Of a stretch of DNA of 60,000 nucleotides, positions 13,470 through 26,480 are shown piece by piece. The notes beneath the pieces were generated by a model, which searched no databases, was not told where the DNA came from, and was given only the letters and a program-made list of their open reading frames with translations. A program made the position numbers and the translations under genes. Where the stretch lies: assembly GCA_028534125.1 (NCBI GenBank), contig CM052817.1, positions 77,998,001-78,058,000 of the forward strand, written 5' to 3'. The DNA comes from Lama glama (Eukaryota). Position 1 is the stretch's first letter. The number at the start of each line of letters is the position of its first letter.

Positions 13470-13686
13470 TGTAGTGCATAATGGCAACTTACAAAAGCTT
13501 TTGAGTTAGCTCTACCTCACCACCTGCTATCTGTGCAACAGGGAACAGGTTAACTTCACTAAGCCTCATCTTTAAAATGGGCATAATTATGTGCCCTCAA
13601 ATTTAAATGAAATAGCACATGCAAAATGCCTCTCATCAATCCTGGCAGTTAATAAAAATATAGTAGATATTAAATATTATTATTAT
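13470..13686 (+). mobile_element. MIR SINE
   Basis: 'ttaacttcactaagcctcatctttaaaatgggcataat...ttaaatgaaatagcacatgcaaaatgcct' plus (tat)n tail. Confidence 0.75.
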
Positions 13687-13704
13687 ATTTCCTGGACACA
13701 CTAA

Positions 13705-13992
13705 CATCAGACTTGGTCATCTGACTGACTTTGGCCCATGAAATCGTACAGAAGTAATTGTCACTTCTGAGCATAAACTTGAAGAACCAATGTGCAGTTC
13801 CCCATTTCTTCTTTTCCCTGTGCCATGATAATCAGAAAAATTAAGATGTAGCCTACTTCATCACCCTGGTTTCTGGTATGAAGACAAGGAGTGAAAATGC
13901 AGTCTATAGTGCATAAATTCCACTAGAACGAGATAAACCCTTTTTGTAAACAAGTGGGATTTGAGATCATTTGTTACTGCAGCATAATCTGT
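13705..13992 (+). mobile_element. MaLR LTR fragment (MLT1I/J-like)
   Basis: 'cttggtcatctgactgactttggcccatgaaat...gtcacttctgag' and 3' end 'gatttgagatcatttgttactgcagcataatct'. Confidence 0.8.
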
Positions 13993-14862
13993 ATTGAAAA
14001 TCATTTCAGTTGTGCAAATTAATACCAGCATTACCCTGCTCCCCCAAAGGGATATTTAACTTAGGGCCCAATGACTAAGCCATTCCCAAAACAAACACAG
14101 AGAAGGCTTCTTAGTTTGGTATGTGTCTTTTCCAGTGGACGGAACAGTTCTTTCCAGCGAATGAATTTTAGGTTTGGCACTAGACTGAAAGCATTTTGTG
14201 GGCTCCTGGTGCTTTGCTTTCAAGTGAATTGCAATTGTGGGTACTGATCCTTCACAACTCTGCGTAGCAGGCAATTACTCCTAGTGTTTCTCAAATGGTT
14301 CCTTTCCAAAAACAACTTATGAATATAAGAATCAAAAGCTAAAGTTTCATTGTTCTTTACTTGGAATGAATCCCAGACAACTGCATTGAATTTATTCATA
14401 ATACATAAAAAGAAAAGACTTAAGAAACTCTCAGTGGGAGTAGGAGGAGAAGGTAGAAAATTGGCAAGATAATGAAAATGAAACTTTAATCATAAGGCAA
14501 AGAAGAGTCAAGGTCAGGGCTTTTTAATTAGAAATTTTATACCTTTGAAAATTAGACTTGTTTACTTATAGTATTACATGTGTTTGACCATTAAATGTCT
14601 GAGTTCCAAATGTTAATTTCAAGGATGTCAGCTACCAACTTTTTATGGTGAGCCTTTAAAATTTTTTAGTTCGGGGGCTGAATACACAGTCAAGCCTCAA
14701 GTGAGGTTCTCTTGGTGCAGGTTATGGATAGTTGTAGACATGATCTTGGCAATTTGCATGGAAGGGATCATATTTTAAATGTGTCAGGGCAAGTTGCTGT
14801 TTAACGTCTTATTTTGGATAGGTCATAATGATGATTTTTAGTGTTGAAAACCAATCATTTCC

Positions 14863-15235
14863 TGTATTAGATGGCTGAGGCTGCCATTACAAGATGCCAT
14901 AGACTGGGTGGTTTAAACAGCAGAAATTTATTTTCTCACAGTTCGAGGCTAGATGTCTGAGATCAGGTTACCAGTGTGGTTGGGTTCTAGTGAGGGTCCT
15001 CTTCCTGGCTTGCAGATGGCTGCCTTTTTGCTGTATCCTCACATGGTAGAGAGAGAGCTGTGGTGCCTCTTCCTCTTCTTATAAGGACACTAGCTCTGTT
15101 GGATCAGGGATCCACCCTTATGACCCTATTTAACCTTAATCACTTCCTTAAAGGCCCTGTCTCCAATACAGTCACATGAGGAGTTAAGGATTCAAAATAT
15201 GATTGTTGAGGGGGGACACAATTCAATCCAGAGCA
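14863..15235 (-). mobile_element. Full-length solo MLT1A/MLT1A0 MaLR LTR
   Basis: tgtattag...'agactgggtggtttaaacagcagaaatttattttctcacagttc'...'ggacacaattcaatccagagca'; 373 bp; TSD tttcc/cttcc (4 of 5 match). Confidence 0.92.
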
Positions 15236-16167
15236 CTTCCTAATTTACTCTTTTTGATCAAACTGGTTATTCATATTAAATTCAGGAATAAACCAAGAGT
15301 ACCAGCATACAAAGCTTGGAAATTAGAGGTCTTTAAATTCCTTAGGGACTTTTAACCTGATAAGTAAAGAACAACCAATTTTATATTTTATTTATGTATT
15401 AAAAAATCATGAAATATCCATTATACATGGGGCACTATTCCAGATAATAGAGATGTATCCAGAATAATACAGACGAAAACTCCTGTCTTGGTGGAACATG
15501 TATTTTGGAGAATATTACAAGTAATGAGTGGATCTTGATGTTCTTCCTTATGATACTCACCCTTGAATTGAGCTACAGCAAGATGAAATAGCGTGGTAGG
15601 TGGGTTTACACTTCTAATCATATACACAGACATTCCAATTGTTTTTAATAAGAGAGCTCAATCTTCCACAGATGGTGGTAGGAGGACCTAATCTCACCAT
15701 TTCAAGACATCTCAGTCCCATCTGGCTTATGAAGTTAGTCTCTTATGGGTAAACATTTGGTCAAATTTAGCATTCTCTCTGTCCCCCTTCACCTGCCCTT
15801 CTCTCAAGGTCTGATCTCAGTGTGGGCTGGACTTACGTATTTTCTGGCTGGAAAAAGATATTTTTCCCTGACTTTCTCCCAGGAGTCTAGTCCAGTCTGC
15901 TCTCCAGGAATCAGGCTGTTTTCACGGTGTCCCTGTTGAAGAGTTCACATCTAGTTAACTCATGCTCCTTCCCCTAGGTTAATACAGTTCACAGGGATTA
16001 CCCTTGGAGAACGTAGCCATATCACCCAGCTGGTGTGATCCCCTTGGGGCCACAGCTGGTTTTGTTTGATCTTCTAAGACTCTGCTGCATTCTCCACCTG
16101 ACCTTACTTTGTGCTGGGTCTTCTGAGAAGAAGTCTCCTTGTATCCTGGGATTTCAGCCCAGAGAGG

Positions 16168-16169
<2 letters not shown>

Positions 16170-16201
<32 letters not shown>
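16170..16201. repeat. (GT)16 microsatellite
   Basis: Perfect dinucleotide run. Confidence 0.98.
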
Positions 16202-16203
<2 letters not shown>

Positions 16204-17184
16204 ACAAGGAGAAGGCTATGCATTCTTGTTACTTCCTGCAGACATGTTCTGTCTAGCTCTGAGGGCATTCTTCTTTCTGTTGCATGAGAAGTACCTTGAG
16301 GTCATATATGCTTCTTTCTTACTCTGTGCCTTATGGTGAAAAACCCTGTGTTCTTTGGTTGGCAGGCTCTGCTTGTTGCTATTTAAAGCACCTTTATTAT
16401 TACTATAGTTTAAAAGATTCTTTTCCTTTTCTAAAAAATTTGGATTCCTACAATTTGTCATCTCTTAAGAGAGGACTAAGTGTTAACTTTAGAAGTCAAA
16501 GTCTGAACTTCATCCCCTTTGCTTTTGGTTGGCTTCTGCCCTCTTGAAGCTGAGGATGCCTCATGTGATGGGTGGGAACATCAGGGCAGCAAGAATGACC
16601 AGGAATAAACAATCACAGGTAACATTTCAGAACATCGTCCTCCCTCGTGAGGGCTTCAAAAGACATGAGAAAATAAAATCAGTCCACTCCATTACTAGAA
16701 TCAGGAAAAATAATTCTGTTGTTTTAGAAACAACTGACTACATTTTAGAAAGTTGGTGCTTAAGTTACTAATGTCCTGGGATAAAGTTGGCATATTTTTG
16801 TGCACATACTATTTCAAATAAATAGCATACTTTTGGCCAGTAACCAAAAACATGAATATCCTGCTTCTAAAACGATTGAAATCAGTTTCAGCCCGGACAG
16901 CATCTAAAGGCTTTTGCAAGATATAAACATTAACAGTTTTTGAAAAGGTATAAGTTACACCCTAGTCTAGTTACCCCAAAGCACAAATTCTTAGTAGTAT
17001 TATCTTTCATCTTACATACAGGTAAATAAACCAACAAATTATGAAGGAAACAATAAAAAGATCATAATATTTATTGCAAATACATGAAAAATCTCTCTGT
17101 TCATAATATCATTCGAATTCAGTTTGGCAATTTAGCATTGGATGATGGTGAATCCCCAAGAAGAGCCTCTCCCCGTCCCCAATC

Positions 17185-17412
17185 CTCCATCAATATTTCC
17201 ATCACTCTGTTTCCTTCAGGGATCTTTTTGGTGTTTATAATAACCTATGTGATACCGCTTAACTTGCTAATTCAGCGTTCCCCCAACTAGACTGTGATGC
17301 TCAGGAGAGCACAGTCCACGTTTGTCTTGCTCACTACTCTACCCTGTTCTGTACCCAGAACCAGGCATAGCACCTACACTTACCGGGTGATCAGTAAACA
17401 TCAATTGAATAG
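17185..17412 (+). mobile_element. L2 3' end
   Basis: 'cccccaactagactgtgatgctcaggagagcacag...tgtcttgctcact...gatcagtaaacatcaattgaat'. Confidence 0.8.
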
Positions 17413-18824
17413 TTTGACACTAGAATGGTCCCACTTACCTTCCGTTTCCATAAAGAAAGTCGTCTGGAGTAGTCTGAATCTAGGTAAAGATAAATGGGAA
17501 CATGATCAAGACTGGGTCTTCTTACTTAGATTCTTCTGTCTTCCAAAGGGCTTCTGGAAGTCTTCCAGTTGTATGTACAGAATATTTTCTGGGAAATGCC
17601 TTTTTTAGGGTGCACAGACAGTACCTCCTAGCACTGGATGATGGTGAGATTATTTAACCAATTAGATCATAGTACACTAACATTCTTACAGGGCAACATG
17701 AAGTGTTTTTAATCTACAGTCCTCGAAGTGTGGGCTGTCTTAGAAATAAGTATGTATCTTAAAATGATCAGCTCTTTTTTATGCCTTTTATATTAAAACT
17801 TCTTATCTTTGCTGACTTTCTGACAGATAATCTTTTTGTCTGTCTTATCTATCAGTTTGTCTGAAAGAGATTTGCTCCATTTTTTGTTGTTGTTTTTTTC
17901 TCATAGCCAGTGCTTTAAGAACCAGTGCTCTCATAGTGAGATTTGTTAAAATGTATATGACCAACTTTAGTTATTTACAAACTTGTAAATACATGAACAA
18001 CATTTAGAAGGTTTTATCAGCAAAAGGAAAGACTTAAAACATTTGAGATTAAAATCTGTAAACTTGATGCAATCTAATTTAGTCCTTTGCTATTATTAAG
18101 GACAGAAGGAGGAAGATGGTGTGAGACATTCATTTGATATCTGTGTGTGTCCTTAGCCATATCTCTTTTCCATGGTGTCTTCTTCTAAATTATGTTCCTC
18201 TCTCTTGCTCTCACTTATGCCATTCCAACTTAGTCCCTCCCAAATTTCTGAGGCAACAGATCATACAGTAAAAGGCTGAATATCAAAAATGGAAGTGATG
18301 GCCTGATGTAGAATACCATTCTCACCACAAATGACAGTTTTAGAATCCTGCCCTAACTCCATGAAACAATGGAACCCAAAGTTTTAGTGAAATACCAGGC
18401 AAGCATTAGTTTGATGCCAAATGATGGATTTTACTTTGGCTCTTAAGCATGTTTATTTAACCCAATGCTCAGCCCTGGTGTAAATTAGAAGGTGCAGCAA
18501 GTAGTGTGTGACTTGGGGATGAGTACTTTCTTCCCTTCCTATTTTGCGGGCATAAAAGAAGAACAGAGGGCAGAAAAAAAATAATACTTTTTGCTTGCAG
18601 ATGGAAGACTGGGATTGGAATGGAACAGAGAAAAAAACAGCCAGTTTCCTTTTACATTTATTTAAACATTAAGTAGAGGCCAGGTACCACTGAACTACAG
18701 AATAAAGAGCCACTGGTTGATATTAATTCACTGTTTATTAAACACTGAAATATAGTACAAACATAATTTTGAAACTGGTTCCCTTTCTTCTGGAGTTTCA
18801 ACTAGGAAATTAGGAAAACAGTAA

Positions 18825-19035
18825 CAGTTGAACCTTGAATAACACAGATTTGAACTACACAAGTTCATTTATATGTGGATTTTTTTCTACAGCATATGCT
18901 AAGGTTGAATCTGAGGATGTGGAGCCAGAGATATTATATACCTGACTATAAGTTACATGCTGGCTATAAATTACATATGGATTTTCGACTGCTCAGAGGG
19001 TCAGTGCTCCTCAGGTCTATGTGGTTCAAGACATC
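18825..19035 (+). mobile_element. Tigger2a/MER8-like non-autonomous TcMar-Tigger element
   Basis: Start 'cagttgaaccttgaataacacagatttgaact' and end 'ggattttcgactgc...gtggttcaag' resemble Tigger2-type termini. Confidence 0.8.
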
Positions 19036-19102
19036 TAAAGGATATAAACACTGAAAAGGAATTAAGAGTATCTCTGCATCACACTGCAGGAAAGAACTAC
19101 GT

Positions 19103-19494
19103 TGTATCCATCAGCTATGGCCAGAATGCTGAATAACAAACAAAATATCAGTGACAGTGCAACAGTATGCTCCTGTTTCTCCCTTCCATGTCTGCGAAGT
19201 GACTGGAGACTGCTCATTCCATGGCAGGCTTGCTGGATTTGATTTGATTGTTTTCATGTGTGCCCTGTATCCTCATTCATGTGAGGCCAGTGGGTCACAC
19301 AAGACAGGTTTTTCTTTAGACAGTGGTAGACTCTTAACAGGACAAACCTGAGCACTCAATCACATTTCAAGCATCTGGCCTAATAGACATGGTTTAGGGA
19401 AACATAGTCTGCCCACCATAAGGCGATAGCAAGTATATGGCAGTTCCTGTTACAAATGAATGAAAAATTGGGGCTACTAGTTCAATCTGCCACA
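19103..19494 (-). mobile_element. MaLR LTR (MLT1H/I/J-like)
   Basis: tgtatccatcagctat...ataacaaac at one end and 'tcaatctgccaca' at the other. Confidence 0.7.
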
Positions 19495-20054
19495 TGCAAT
19501 GTGTAAATTAATTTTAACCTAGAGTAAATGAGGTTTTTCAGTTTAAATTATAATGGATTTTATTTAGGACAGCAACTTATTTCAGTATTAGGAATTATCA
19601 TTATAAAATGAGAGCCATAAACATGATTATTTTATATCAAGTGTCAAGAACATTTTAAATTCTTTCTGGAAAACCTGGAACTTATAAAGGGTAAATAAAA
19701 CCTGTTTAACTGTTGGTTGCTTCATTTTGCTTTATTATTCAAAAGCAAGTATTAAAATACTTTGTGTAATTTTGATTTATTCTTACATGGATTGACTGCA
19801 CACAAACATTAACCAAAAGACCTTTGATCAATCTACATACCTAATGTATTTTGCTGACTTAACAATTGATTCAAATATTTTCATCTAAGTTGATTTGTGC
19901 CCTTTTCTTGTATTGAAGCACAAACAATACTTCTGTGGCATTTTACTTTTTTGCTCACAATCACTCTCTTCATATTCTTTCTCTTCCCTCCCTGTCTTCC
20001 TCCTTCCCATCTTCCCCCAACACCCACCCCTCCTCTCCCCCATCCTCCTCCTCC

Positions 20055-20135
20055 TGTCATTCTTATTTCATATATGAGGAAACTGAGTCTTAAAGAGTTA
20101 CATTGCTTACCTGAAGTGACACACATACTGAGTAC
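20055..20135 (-). mobile_element. MIR core fragment
   Basis: 'atatgaggaaactgagtcttaaagagttacattgcttacctgaagtgacacac'. Confidence 0.75.
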
Positions 20136-20519
20136 TAAAAATCTATCTTGAAGAACTAAGGTCCTATAATTCTTAATCCTTTGATCTTGAACTTGAGTAC
20201 TATTGAACTTTGTTGCTATTTGATCTCATATTTAGAATTTTACCTGTTTACTGATTGACAAAGGGTCATTTGAGGGAATTTTTTAACAATGTGCATTTCT
20301 TGGTCCCATGTTCAGTGATTGCCATTCTCAGTAGATCTAGGTTATGCTGGCGAGGCTCTCTCTTTTTTTAAAGTTAGTTTATTTTATACTGTCCATTTTT
20401 TCCGGCACCTCTTCACTGCTGTTTATCTTAGATACACTCATGTGCACACACACATACACACGAACACTATACTAAAAGTATATTTCTCCATTTTTAGTCT
20501 TTTCATTTGACATATGCGT

Positions 20520-20660
20520 TAGTTGCTCTTTTCCCATTAGAATGTAAGATTCATGAGGACAGGGTCCTTTTTAAATCTTTTCCACTTTGTATTCCCAGCA
20601 CTTTAACTAAACTGGTACATGTTGATGCTCAATAAAAATACATTGAATTAACAAGTAAGT
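20520..20660 (+). mobile_element. L2 3' end
   Basis: 'tagaatgtaagattcatgaggacaggg...gtattcccagcac...tgctcaataaaaatacattgaatta'. Confidence 0.85.
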
Positions 20661-20769
20661 ACACTTCTCAGTCTTGTAGTAATTTTGCAAGACCTTGGTA
20701 ATTCTTCATTTTTATTCTATATCGTTGACATCATTTAGCCTTAAGCCAAAAATCTTAGGTTAATGTAGG

Positions 20770-20990
20770 AAAAAGATACAGACTTTGGGTAGAGAAATCT
20801 ATGTTCTAGAATTATCCAGTCACTTACCAGCCAGACAGAGATCAAAACCTCAATTTTTTCATCTAAAAATAGATTAATTGTATATCTACCTCACAGGATT
20901 ATTTTGAAGGTCAGAAAGTGTCATGTATATAAAAGTGCTTTGGGAAATATAAAACAAGGTATAAATATCAGTTATTATGACTGTGATTAT
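20770..20990 (+). mobile_element. MIR (MIRc/MIR3-like)
   Basis: 'cctcaattttttcatctaaaaatag...tctacctcacaggattattttgaagg...atgtatataaaagtgcttt'. Confidence 0.75.
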
Positions 20991-21224
20991 AATTATTTTC
21001 CCTCCATGGTCTTTCAAAAGCCATATAAGGTTTTTGATGAATTTTAATGTACTCTGGGGACAACTGGGAATTATTGGAAGACTTCACTCAAGGAGGCTAC
21101 TTTTTTGGAGACTTCAGATTTCAGAGAGAAGTAGTTTGAATTATTTAATACATTTTCAGAGCAGAAAGATATTCATTCATTCATCCACTCATACACTTGA
21201 TAAATATATACTGCCCGAGTGCTT

Positions 21225-21724
21225 NNNNNNNNNNNNNNNNNNNNNNNNNNNNNNNNNNNNNNNNNNNNNNNNNNNNNNNNNNNNNNNNNNNNNNNNNNNN
21301 NNNNNNNNNNNNNNNNNNNNNNNNNNNNNNNNNNNNNNNNNNNNNNNNNNNNNNNNNNNNNNNNNNNNNNNNNNNNNNNNNNNNNNNNNNNNNNNNNNNN
21401 NNNNNNNNNNNNNNNNNNNNNNNNNNNNNNNNNNNNNNNNNNNNNNNNNNNNNNNNNNNNNNNNNNNNNNNNNNNNNNNNNNNNNNNNNNNNNNNNNNNN
21501 NNNNNNNNNNNNNNNNNNNNNNNNNNNNNNNNNNNNNNNNNNNNNNNNNNNNNNNNNNNNNNNNNNNNNNNNNNNNNNNNNNNNNNNNNNNNNNNNNNNN
21601 NNNNNNNNNNNNNNNNNNNNNNNNNNNNNNNNNNNNNNNNNNNNNNNNNNNNNNNNNNNNNNNNNNNNNNNNNNNNNNNNNNNNNNNNNNNNNNNNNNNN
21701 NNNNNNNNNNNNNNNNNNNNNNNN
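21225..21724. other. Assembly gap (500 N)
   Basis: Run of exactly 500 N. Confidence 1.
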
Positions 21725-24700
21725 ACCCCACATTTTGCAGATGGAAACAAGCAAACAAACGAAAAAGAAGAGATCCAGGTATAGAGCCATGATTCCTTTA
21801 AAATGAGAGAAGCAACAAGAAATATTGAGAAGAAAGAGTAAATATTATAATAAGCAAGTTAAATAAATTAATTTTATTTATCTTGGAGCTTGACCTAAAT
21901 TAAATTTGCCTTAAAGCTAGAAAAGTTTTTTCCTACACTTTCATTGTTAATTTTTAGCTCTTGGCTATAAAAAAAAAAAGACCTGTTGTATTTGTATTTA
22001 TCAAGAAGCATGATTTTTGATGCAGTTACAATTTCTGGTTTTTTTTGAAATGTCTGCAATTAGTTGAACTTCTCATTAGAAGAGGATTTGTTTCTAATAC
22101 TCTCACATAACTTGGCCCCCAAATTCCCTTATCCTTCCACATCCTATCCTTATCCTTATCCAGCCCAGCACTGTAGTCACACTGAAGAATTCATCATCCT
22201 CTAAATGTCTGCCAACATTTTATTTCTCCTAGTTTCAATCCAAACACTCTTTTCTTTACCAGTAGTTAATAGCCCTCCTTTGAGGGAAGGGATCATACAT
22301 TTTAATTACAGGAAGCAACAACACAGAGCTCCAGATAGTGTGAAAGAAGAAGAATGAACCCATAAAAATACTTGTAAGAAGAGGAAAGAGTGAAATAAAA
22401 GAAAAAAAAGTGCAGACTAGTAGGCAGTGTGGCATAGTTTCTAAAACTGTCTGAAAGTCAAGGAAAGACCAGGTGTGGCAATAAAACTGTGTTTGGGGAG
22501 TGAAACTAACTGTTTCATGAAAAGCTGTCAACTGTTAGCAGAGTTATGATTATAAAAATATTTTTAGCCTTTGTTTTTATAAACATATAGTCCTGTTAAC
22601 AAACAATGGCTAGTGAAAAATAAAGTTGCAGAGCAAAGGTTCCATCAGTCTTGGAAACACCCCTTCACTCATAGTTTCCATGACTACATAGTTCTCTGTA
22701 GTTGGTTGGCCTCATTTACGACAGCCTGATGCACGTGTACATGCCCAGACTCTGCCTCCCATACTAGCGATGATATTTATATTAGCTGAATTTGGAACAG
22801 CTTAAGAAGATTCCTTTTGTTTGTGTCAATATTTGATGAGAGAGACTGTATCTTACCATTTTATGGGGCAAGCTCAGTTTTCTCTATTTTTTGTTAGGTA
22901 GATAACTCAGGATCCTGGAAGCTTTTTGTTTTGGTTTGAAGTTTTTTTGTTTTGTTTTGTTTTAATTGATATCCATTAAATATTTCCACTAACTTTTACT
23001 TCTCTATAGCCAATCCAAAATAAATAATATTTTAATAAATTTAATTTTTTCCATCTCTAATAAGAATTTCAAAACACTGTCGTTCCAAATAAATTTTAAC
23101 TCAGAAGTACAGTGGATGCTGAAAGGATCAGTTCGCAGTGGTTTGTAGGAAATTGAAAAAGGTATATAAATGAAAAATTATATTTGAAAGTGATACAAAT
23201 GTATTTAAAATTTATACATATATAAGTTCATTCATTGATTGAATGATGTAGATGGATTTTCCTTCTTTCAAAAAATACACCCTTGAAAGTGCAGAAAAGC
23301 TGTGCAGCAATTTAATTCAGAATTCTTTCACTGCCTTATTCTTTTCCTTATTATGTTATAGCTGTATTACTCATATTTAACTCAGTTGCATTTTTCTGTT
23401 TTTAGAGACCAGAGTTTATTGAGTCTTTCCAAAGATTTCGACTTAATTTTCATAGAAACAACTCCATATTTTTTATTGTCATCACTGCATAATATTTGAT
23501 TAACTTTAATAATTATAACAAAGCCTACACAAACAGAATTGTAAACAATTCTTGGTGAGCATACAATTCAACTGGTAGTAGCTAGTGGGCACAAGTATTT
23601 TGTAAAGTTTATTATTAATTACAAGGAGTTAGTGTCCTGGAGGCAACAATAATATAACTCACCGGGAAATGGAGAACCTCAGTTCTTTTGGCAACAGAGT
23701 AGTAGTTAAATGGAGGTTGGCTGAAATAGTGCAATGTTTTCTAACTCACAGACACATATTTTTCTTTGAAATGAATATGGTTTGTAGTGTCCTGTGAAAA
23801 TCTGGAAAGCATATCTTTGATAATGAATTATTTGTGAATGTTTTCAATATTTTATATTTTAATAAATGCATAGCATATTACAATTACTATAAACTAAGTT
23901 TTTAATGTGTTAGAAACTATTCTATCTGAATTTTCAGAGAGGTCAATGTTACTTGGGTATTTTTAACACTTTTAAGCCAAATTAATTGGATTTTATTTTC
24001 CAGAAGAAGAAAGATGCTTCTTTTAAAAATAGTAAAAATGTCAAATCAGTATATTGTTACTGATGTATTCCTGAATTTATGCCTGTGATATCTGGAATGG
24101 TATATGGGTAATACCCAATACCAAAAAGAAAAAAATCAGATGATTATTTATATATTGTGAAATTGATAGGACAGTAAAAACATTTAGAAATATATATAAT
24201 ATGAATGCACATGTTGGATATATAAACATTTAAATGCTTGTATGCATAGATACATTTCCCTCATACCCCCTGTCCCTATCCCACATTGAATCATTTCAGT
24301 CCTGTGACCATCTTGGAATCCCTTTTCTTGCTGTCTGCTCTTTCTCTTCTTACTCCCTATGATTTCCTTTGTAGGTGGCTCTCACCTCTTTTTCCTTAGT
24401 AATGTCTCTATTATTCCTGGCTCTGTCCCTGGGGAGCTGCTCAGATCTATGAATGATGAAAGCTTTAAATCCTTCAGATTCCCCAAACATCCATTTACAA
24501 AACAAACAGATCTCCATCTTCTGATCTCGGCCAGTTCTTGTATAACTTTAACGTGTTGTTAGCTTGACAACTTATTTCCCAAAGACATCCCTCTCTCTAT
24601 CATTCCACCTCCTGAAACATGGATGGTGGGAACAAAACAAACTTATTGAGAGAAAAGAAAATTCCCTTCTGTCACCATGGAGTAAATCGAATTCAATCCT

Positions 24701-24842
24701 GTTCCAAGCTCTGCAACTGAGGTGAGTCTATACAATTTTGATTGTCAGCTTATAAAACTGAAAATGTTTTGTTCAAATGATAATTTCTAAGGTTTCAGGA
24801 CCCAAAGTAAGTCATGGAAAGTCCTTATTTTGAAAAATGCTC

Positions 24843-25923
24843 ACCATTGTAGTTGGGCTCTTTCAGATTTCATCGGTTATTAGAATTTGTAACAATGACA
24901 ACAGTCATTCAGCTTAAAAACAGCACAAGGCCTATAAAGATCCCCAATATGAAGAGGCTGTGCAAAGGGAAATACAGGAAAACTCAAAGGACAGGACTGG
25001 TTTCACATACTTAGTGGTGAAAAGCCTTAAAACCTTGTTTTATTGGAAGTAAATTTTGCTGAGACTGAGATTGTCTTTGCCAATGATCTGTTTAACAGAG
25101 GTTTACTGTAGGGATTATAATTTATAATAATATTTCACAAGGTAATAGCATATAGGACCATATCTCTTAATAAGCCAATAAAGAAGTAACCTCCTCCAAA
25201 TCAATGGTAGGTTAATTACACTATGATTCCAGACAAGGGGGAGATGAAAGAAGTCCAAATTTAGTTGAGACGTACCTTTCAATGAGTTGGTTCTCTGTAG
25301 AATCAGTCCTTCCAACTAAAAGCTGGGTATTAGCTGCCGACTTAGGTACCGCATTTCTGGGGCATGAAGCAAGTGGGCAGTGGTACCAGTGTTGGCAGGC
25401 AAGGTGGCTGCTCTGATGGTCACTACTCTAGTGATGGCTATACAGCTTGTGCCACTGTCTCTGAAGAGTGGCCTCACCAAGGCAAGAACGGATGTCCCTT
25501 CTCTTCCTGAGACTGCTGAACAGTTTTAACACCACAGCCCACCAAGAGTAGCCTGGCCTTAAAGGAGCAAGTGTCTCAAGATCTATGGAGAGCTGTTTAG
25601 ATCAGCCTTGCCGAGACTGAACACTCTGCAGCTGCTCATCCAACCTCTTGGTTTTCAAAGTTTAAATGTCTGTCACGTGATGGACACTGCTGCCTTTACC
25701 ATGGTGTCAGTGATGAAATAGTCCTTTCCACTTGAGGTATGAGAATTCAATAAAGTCCTAATATCCAACTTCAAAACAGTTTCATCAAAACAAGTTCAAA
25801 CCAGAAACAACTTTGTCCAAAACAAGCTTTCAAAACATGGATTTGAAATCGTAACAAGTCAGAACACAACAGTCTTAACATTATATATCTTTAACCTGAG
25901 GACAAAGAGGACTGTTTCATGTG
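24843..25923 (-). pseudogene. EBLL: Endogenous bornavirus-like L element, 3' segment (end of RdRp and PRNTase/capping region)
   Basis: Minus-strand peptides collinear with BoDV-1 L as recalled: SDLLRFQIHVL (25863-25831) vs SDPLPFQLALL; VLKLDI (~25778-25761) vs VVKLRI; DLETLAPLRP (25583-25554) vs DLSTMMPLRP; PPCLES (25241-25224) vs PLYLGS; LLRDMVL vs LVRDTLV; FTSN vs FSSD; VFLY vs VFTY; CCHC (24903-24892) vs CKTC; EPNYNG (24860-24843) vs EPQYRG. Many stops and frameshifts. Possible weak extension to about 24450. Confidence 0.75.
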
Positions 25924-26480
25924 CAGGCATACCTTGAAGATGCTTCAGGTTGGGTTCCCGACCACTGTAATAGAACAAATATAGTAATAAAGCCAGGCAC
26001 ATAAGGTTTTCGGTTTCTTGGTGGTTGTAAAAATTATGTTTACACTATACTGTAGCCTATTAAGTGTGCAATAACATTATGCCTAAAAAAGTGCATACCT
26101 TAATTAAAAAACACTTTTTTTGCTAAAAAATGCTGACCATCATCTGAAGCCTTTAGCAAGTCCATCAAAATACTTTTTTGAGTTCATCAAAATATATTCA
26201 AAATAAAAAATGAATAAAATTCAGCGAGTCCATCAAAAATACATACTTCAGCGAGTAAGATCAAAGATCACTAATCACAGATCATCATAACAAATATAAT
26301 AATAATAATGAGAAAATTTGAAATTTTGTGAGAATTACCAGACTAACATAGAGACATGAAGTGAGTAAATGGTGTTGGAAAAATGGCACCAGTAGACTTG
26401 CTCCTTGTGGGGTTGCCACACATCTTCCAATTTGTACAAAATGCAGTGTCTGTGAAGCACAGTAGAACAGGGTGTGTCTG
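25924..26480 (+). mobile_element. Internally deleted Tigger1-family DNA transposon (Tigger1a-like)
   Basis: Left TIR 'caggcataccttg', right end 'cagggtgtgtctg' followed by TA (the left TA reads TG). Body 'gtttacactatactgtagcctattaagtgtgcaata' and 'tgttggaaaaatggcacc' are Tigger1 terminal regions. Confidence 0.92.

Noticed and set aside
20977..21806. Long ORFs of 189-271 aa
   Set aside because: Read-through across the N gap
22920..22965. T-rich tract as the possible poly(A) tail of the EBL retrocopy
   Set aside because: Too far from the last L-like match and no matching TSD found; the element ends remain undefined
25722..25750. YLKWKG, resembling a chromodomain
   Set aside because: The rest of the chromodomain (TWEPxxNL) is absent
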